A DNA stretch of 64,000 nucleotides, from positions 159,403-223,402 of the IMG/VR virus record IMGVR_UViG_3300007513_000004, one strand, 5' to 3'. Positions 59,549 to 64,000 of this stretch are shown one piece after another (the stretch's first letter is position 1; the number at the start of each line of letters is the position of its first letter). Both the position numbers and the translations under genes were made by a program. The notes below the pieces were generated by a model, which saw only the letters and a program-made list of their open reading frames with translations, did no database searches and was not told the DNA's origin.

Positions 59549-61540
59549 CTAAGTGCTCAAACTATATGGAATAGTATAAACAATATCTGTCTTATCCATC
59601 CTCTTTAACTTTAACCTTTGCCTTGTGAAGTGTCTATAAAACAACTTATCTTTCGTAACGTCCAAAACTTCATATATATATTCTGCATCATCATTAAAAT
59701 CAAATCGCACGATTAAATCTCTATCTCTTATTGCCGGGTTTGGCAAAGTCCAACCCTGAGGCTCATAAACTTGTTCGAGATGCGTATGCAGCCCTAACTT
59801 CAAATCTTCTGTTGTATCTCCAAATGCGACCATAACCCTGCCATCCTCTCTTCTCTTGTAGTCATACTGAGTAAAGCCGCCGATAAAGCCTGTTCCATAA
59901 CACTTCTTGCAAGATTTAATCTTTGGATGCATCCTTCTGGAATCAGAACAGCTGCAGATCTCTCCATCCCAGATTCTTTTCAAAAGAATTATGGGCTCCC
60001 CAGATTGATCCAGAAGAACCTCTTCTCTGTTGAGCATTCGATCAAAGAGGTTCATACCTCTATATTTATTAAACTCTCCTCCGAGATAGCTTCCACAATC
60101 ACTTTGTCCTTGAAAAATATGTTGAGGAATGGCCCTATGATATCCGCAGAAATCAAAGCCTTGAAAAAACTTTTTATCATTATCTGTATAGTCAGTTATA
60201 ACCAGCCCCGTTCCGTCAAGCTCTCGTCCGCTCTCATATCCGTCTATATATGTTGGCGTTGCCATTATTATTACAGAGTTTTTATCCTGACATGCCAAAA
60301 ACATCTTTATAGGATCCCCCTCTAAATAAATTCCGGCGCTTGTTCCATTTAATCCTCGTCCTCCGGAAGGAAGAAGAAATGAAGTGTCTGTTTTTGCTGT
60401 ATATTTAATTACCTCTGCATTATTAACAATCAATATTCCAGTAGCCGGATATCCATCTGTTGAAGAAACGGGAAATATTGTATCATCCTCTAAAACTTGT
60501 TCGGTTATTTCAATATCATCTGGAATACGATATGTGTCATCGGCAACTTCTTCCATTCCTGTTAAATCTACACTTCCCGAAAAGGTCTCCAAGGCTCTGA
60601 CTGCAAATGACAAAGTAAGCCCGGGAGTCAGCCCAGAAATTTGCGCACACCTGCTTTCTGATGAAGATATATATTTGGGATTTGAATCAAAAATTTCTAA
60701 TCTAGACTCATCATGAAAGATTAAAGCGTAAGAATCTCCCTTATAAGATCTAGACATGGGTTTGTACCACTCCACCTGAAGCATATCTCCACGACCCATG
60801 TTGGATACTTTTCTAATTCCTTGTGCAAATCCTAAAAACTTAACTTGTGGAAATGTTGATGAAAGAATTATCTCTGGCAAGTCAACAGTATAAGAGAACT
60901 TTCCTCTTAGTACATTTCCAGAAGTATCTTCTATCGTATATCTCAACTGATATGGGCCATCACGGAAAGATTCTGTTGGCTCGATTCTAACGGAAGCTCC
61001 GTCTGTTATCTTGGTTATTGCTGACGAATCTCCATCGAAGTATTCTTCAAACTCACCATCAACTACTATCGGAAGATCATTTAACCATACATTTATAGAG
61101 CTAGTATTTACATCGTCTATTTCATCTTTAAATTGCAAAAACAGCACCTGGTCCGATTTAACCAAATCTCCAGGCTCAGGTGAGGACAATTCCAGTATAG
61201 GCTCTAGCGGTATAACTTTAAAAACATATTCAAAGTTATAATATTTGCCATCAAGATCTTTTACTTGAATTTTGACAAGAACAACCGTTCCAGGAATAAA
61301 ATCATCTTCACGATCTATAGCGACAGAAAGCCCTGCATCTATTACAGATATATCCGAATAAGTTCCATCATATCCCGCTTTAAACTCTAAATCTTTGATC
61401 GCTCTTGCGCCACTTATCTCAACGACCAAAGAGGACGAATCTATGCCTGTGTCATCATCTACGATGACAAATTCTATTAAGGAATCTAGGTCTGCGTAGG
61501 TAGTTCCCTCAGATGGGGATTGCCCAGATAATGTTAGCAT
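59549..61540 (-). CDS. Neck/head-closure-like protein with N-terminal Ig-like and FN3 domains and a CxC...CxxCxGxG motif
   Basis: C-terminal EPIILLKRIWDGEICSC...CKKCYGTGFIGG...IRDRDLIVRF...YEV. FN3 signature ISGLTPGLTLSFAVRA. Start moved to ATG 61540 (GGAGG SD). Confidence 0.6.
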   Translation of the reverse strand: MLTLSGQSPSEGTTYADLDSLIEFVIVDDDTGIDSSSLVVEISGARAIKDLEFKAGYDGTYSDISVIDAGLSVAIDREDDFIPGTVVLVKIQVKDLDGKYYNFEYVFKVIPLEPILELSSPEPGDLVKSDQVLFLQFKDEIDDVNTSSINVWLNDLPIVVDGEFEEYFDGDSSAITKITDGASVRIEPTESFRDGPYQLRYTIEDTSGNVLRGKFSYTVDLPEIILSSTFPQVKFLGFAQGIRKVSNMGRGDMLQVEWYKPMSRSYKGDSYALIFHDESRLEIFDSNPKYISSSESRCAQISGLTPGLTLSFAVRALETFSGSVDLTGMEEVADDTYRIPDDIEITEQVLEDDTIFPVSSTDGYPATGILIVNNAEVIKYTAKTDTSFLLPSGGRGLNGTSAGIYLEGDPIKMFLACQDKNSVIIMATPTYIDGYESGRELDGTGLVITDYTDNDKKFFQGFDFCGYHRAIPQHIFQGQSDCGSYLGGEFNKYRGMNLFDRMLNREEVLLDQSGEPIILLKRIWDGEICSCSDSRRMHPKIKSCKKCYGTGFIGGFTQYDYKRREDGRVMVAFGDTTEDLKLGLHTHLEQVYEPQGWTLPNPAIRDRDLIVRFDFNDDAEYIYEVLDVTKDKLFYRHFTRQRLKLKRMDKTDIVYTIPYSLST

Positions 61541-61564
61541 ATAAACCTCCAATTGAGGCTTTTC

Positions 61565-61572
61565 TATTAGTA
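61565..61572 (-). promoter_or_regulatory. Candidate late-promoter octamer TACTAATA
   Basis: Intergenic, 24 nt upstream of ATG 61540. Confidence 0.45.
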
Positions 61573-61575
61573 GAG

Positions 61576-62088
61576 CTAATCGTCGTTAGCTCTTTCCATT
61601 ATCTCTTCTTTTTTATCTTCTTTTTGACCCTCTGGAACATCATGAAACTTTAAAAGATGATTTACATACTTTTCAGCCTCATCCTCGCCCCTTTGTTCTT
61701 CATCAAATTTTACTTGATATTGAAAGGCTTCAATCTCATCTTCTCTGTTTAAATAATCTTTTCTTTTATCAGTTTGCTTTTTACCATATTCATCAATATG
61801 CTGTATAGCATGAACTAGCTCATGTATTACATATCTCATTAATACTTCAAAGGGTTTCTTCATTAATTTTGGACTTAAAACAATATTTCCATTGACCGTT
61901 TTAGCTGTAACTTTAACTTTGTCGAATCTAATCGGTACGCTTTTTAATATCCACACACCTACGCCAAGGTCTTCGCATATCTCTTTTGCAACACTATCAT
62001 TCATAAGCGCTGTTCTAATCTTTGATAGCGTTTCCATTTGATTCATCAAATGGTTATTTTTTTTCTTTGCCGATATTACCTTGATCAT
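61576..62088 (-). CDS. HExxH zincin-like putative metallopeptidase (170 aa)
   Basis: RYVIHELVHAIQH followed by a downstream EIEA (third-ligand Glu) motif. Confidence 0.65.
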   Translation of the reverse strand: MIKVISAKKKNNHLMNQMETLSKIRTALMNDSVAKEICEDLGVGVWILKSVPIRFDKVKVTAKTVNGNIVLSPKLMKKPFEVLMRYVIHELVHAIQHIDEYGKKQTDKRKDYLNREDEIEAFQYQVKFDEEQRGEDEAEKYVNHLLKFHDVPEGQKEDKKEEIMERANDD

Positions 62089-62308
62089 CTAACTCGCCCT
62101 CTTCTTTAAAAAAATAATCATCTAAATTTTCAGACTCACTAGTTATAGCTAAATTAGCAAGAAACGAACTTTGCTCAAGCATAGATATGCGCTCTTCAGC
62201 TCTTTTTATTAAGTGTTTTAGCCCTAAAAGCTCAAGCTGTATCTCCTCAAACGTCCGAGGGGAGTTAAAACCGCAATAAGAAAGGGAACAATTTTCTGGC
62301 TCTCTCAT
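62054..62308 (-). CDS. Small hypothetical protein (84 aa)
   Basis: GGAG SD. Short coiled coil. Overlaps the next gene by 35 nt. Confidence 0.55.
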   Translation of the reverse strand: MREPENCSLSYCGFNSPRTFEEIQLELLGLKHLIKRAEERISMLEQSSFLANLAITSESENLDDYFFKEEGELDDQGNIGKEKK

Positions 62309-62335
62309 ATAATCTCCAACTAATATATTACCTAT

Positions 62336-62905
62336 TTATTCTGGTGTTGCTTCAAGTTCTTTAGATAATTCTTGATACCTTCTATAGGTTACGCCTGTCG
62401 AGTCGTGACCTCCGCGTTCCCAAACTTCATTCATAAGGTGATATCTTCTATAAGTGTGATCCCAGCCAAAGGCGTGTCCAAGCTCATGCTCTAAAACCCT
62501 TTCTTTTGTTGTCTCTTTTTGTTGTAAAAAAATCTCTGCATGTAATATTATATTTAAATCTCTATTTATAGTCCTTCTTGTTATTGCAATTTTATCGTAA
62601 TCAAACCCCTGATCTGGAATTGTTATAATAATTTCACCGAAGAGTGGCCTTCCGGCACAAGACATAGACTCATCATTATATATTACTTTTTCAAAAGTAT
62701 ACCCCAACCTCTCCCAATACCCCAAAGCCTTTCTTACCCGACCATCTGAAATTGACAAAACTTTACATACCTTTACGACTGGGTTCATTACCCAGTATGA
62801 GTTTGTATCAGGATATGACGGAGGGCCGAACATTGCCTCCTCCGGAGTGTAGGATGCAACAAGAATCGGCGTTAATAGTAACAATATAAAATATTTCAAT
62901 TTCAT
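62336..62905 (-). CDS. Metzincin (matrixin/M10-like) metalloprotease with signal peptide
   Basis: HELGHAFGWDH (HExxHxxGxxH) and a Met-turn (HLMNE). Hydrophobic N-terminal signal. Confidence 0.85.
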   Translation of the reverse strand: MKLKYFILLLLTPILVASYTPEEAMFGPPSYPDTNSYWVMNPVVKVCKVLSISDGRVRKALGYWERLGYTFEKVIYNDESMSCAGRPLFGEIIITIPDQGFDYDKIAITRRTINRDLNIILHAEIFLQQKETTKERVLEHELGHAFGWDHTYRRYHLMNEVWERGGHDSTGVTYRRYQELSKELEATPE

Positions 62906-62977
62906 TACTTATTTTATACTCTATTTCATTTGAATATATTCCTCAAAAGTGATAGCTTTAAAATATAAGAATATTTT

Positions 62978-62985
62978 TACTAATA
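62978..62985 (+). promoter_or_regulatory. Candidate late-promoter octamer TACTAATA for the divergent plus-strand unit
   Basis: Same octamer, oriented toward ATG 63037 (51 nt away). Confidence 0.45.
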
Positions 62986-63036
62986 TTATTATTTAAATTA
63001 ATACTCATAAGAAGAGTTTATTTAGAGAGGTTCAAA

Positions 63037-63669
63037 ATGGCACTTATACTTTTAAATCCAGGACTAAGACCATTGGGGCAGTTTGACTTTGCTGACGATG
63101 ATGCATCCAAAGTAACTGGTGGCGAAATAGCAAAAATTGTAACATATACTTCATCAACTGAGAAGGCGGCTCCAGATGTAACTGGCAATCAAGACCTGGT
63201 ACACTTCCAGCTTGATTCATTTTCAGATGGAAGACTTTGCGGATTAGTAGACGAAGGAACTTCCTCGGAAGAAGATTCTACTCCTGGATATGGAACTTTG
63301 ATGGGACAAGCAATAGGGGTAACTACCACCATGGTCGCCGGATCAACTATTATGGGCCCATCAACTGTTTATAGCTCAGGAAAGGCCACAATCTGGCATC
63401 AAGCTGGACTTTATGGAATCACAGAGGAGGCTTTTGTCTCTGGACAGCCAGCTGCAGCTTTTGGGGCCGGTATTAACACCAGTTTGTTCGGAACAGCAAC
63501 TGGCGGAGCAACCGCCGGAAAACTAACCACAGTAAGCACAGGCAATGAGGCCGCTTGGTGGCTAAGCAGAGAATCAGGATCTTCGCTCGTATCAACCACC
63601 AACTCCCAGGCCGGGCTTACCGCCGCTACAGAATATCACATAATATATTTCCCCGGACCAACCAAATAG
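63037..63669 (+). CDS. Gly/Ala/Thr-rich virion protein, possibly capsid decoration/cement-like (210 aa)
   Basis: GAGG SD and beta-rich composition. The functional label is a weak impression only. Confidence 0.5.
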   Translation: MALILLNPGLRPLGQFDFADDDASKVTGGEIAKIVTYTSSTEKAAPDVTGNQDLVHFQLDSFSDGRLCGLVDEGTSSEEDSTPGYGTLMGQAIGVTTTMVAGSTIMGPSTVYSSGKATIWHQAGLYGITEEAFVSGQPAAAFGAGINTSLFGTATGGATAGKLTTVSTGNEAAWWLSRESGSSLVSTTNSQAGLTAATEYHIIYFPGPTK

Positions 63670-63678
63670 GAATAAACC

Positions 63679-64000
63679 ATGGCTAATGAATCTCAAAACA
63701 ATTACGCTGCAAAAGCAGCATCCTCAACACCATCTACTGCAGATGGCGCAGCACTTGGATCTGCAACTGCCGAATACTCCGATTTATACCTTGCAGACGA
63801 AGGCGTTCTCTATTTTGGCAATAATCAAGATGTCTTATTAACACATAATGCAGATACTGGACTTACTTTGTCCGGAACAACAAGTGCCATTCTTGTTGCC
63901 GGTAGCTTTACAGGAGATCTTACAGGAGATGTGACAGGAGATCTTACAGGAGATGTGACAGGAGATGTGACAGGAGATGTGACAGGAGATCTTACAGGAC
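63679..64000 (+). CDS. Fibre-like protein with TGD[LV] tetrapeptide repeats, truncated at the right edge; absent from the ORF track
   Basis: ATG 63679 with AGGA SD, open to the window end: MANESQNNY...LYLADEGVLYFGNNQDVLLTH...FTGDLTGDVTGDLTGDVTGDVTGDVTGDLTG. Confidence 0.8.
   Translation, partial: MANESQNNYAAKAASSTPSTADGAALGSATAEYSDLYLADEGVLYFGNNQDVLLTHNADTGLTLSGTTSAILVAGSFTGDLTGDVTGDLTGDVTGDVTGDVTGDLTG
63910..63993 (+). repeat. 12-bp tandem repeat ACAGGAGAT(CTT/GTG), 7 full units plus a partial unit
   Basis: Read directly. Unit order L,V,L,V,V,V,L. Confidence 0.95.

Noticed and set aside
61574-61591. AGCTAA-6nt-TTAGCT inverted repeat at a gene end
   Set aside because: Weak 6-bp stem with no U-tract, so probably chance.
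62054-62088. A8 run in the overlap of the 84-aa and 170-aa genes as a possible slippage/fusion site
   Set aside because: The downstream gene has its own ATG and SD (GAGGG), and a -1 shift would not reach its frame.
44-62308. Numerous short plus-strand ORFs and nested alternate-frame ORFs in the track
   Set aside because: They are antisense or out-of-frame shadows of long, motif-bearing genes, with no SD and no protein-like features.
1-64000. Stop-codon reassignment (alternative genetic code seen in some huge phages)
   Set aside because: Very long ORFs with tight packing under the standard code. TAA, TAG and TGA all terminate genes.
63910-64000. Tandem array as a CRISPR or DGR element
   Set aside because: In-frame 12-bp coding units with no spacers. 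No cas or reverse transcriptase gene and no TR/VR pair were seen.

Overview
AT-rich, densely coding window that reads as the virion tail/neck morphogenesis region of a very large contractile-tailed (myovirus-like, probably jumbo/huge) bacteriophage. Almost everything from 1 to 62905 is on the minus strand. Reading right to left: two Zn-metalloprotease-like genes; an Ig/FN3-fused head-closure-like protein; a small membrane-protein cluster (holin/spanin-like); two paralogous giant fibre/appendage proteins; tail terminator; oversized sheath; tube; tail assembly chaperone with a clear programmed -1 frameshift signal; tape measure; tube initiator; hub; central spike; two large orphans; gp25-like, baseplate J-like and 3319-aa wedge/LamG proteins; a 1533-aa fibre-like protein with a dockerin-like Ca2+-loop pair; and two GT4 glycosyltransferases (one truncated and missed by the ORF track). 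A divergent plus-strand unit starts at 63037. No rRNA, tRNA, CRISPR array, capsid, portal, terminase or integrase was recognised. All functional calls come from motif recognition and gene order, with no database searches.
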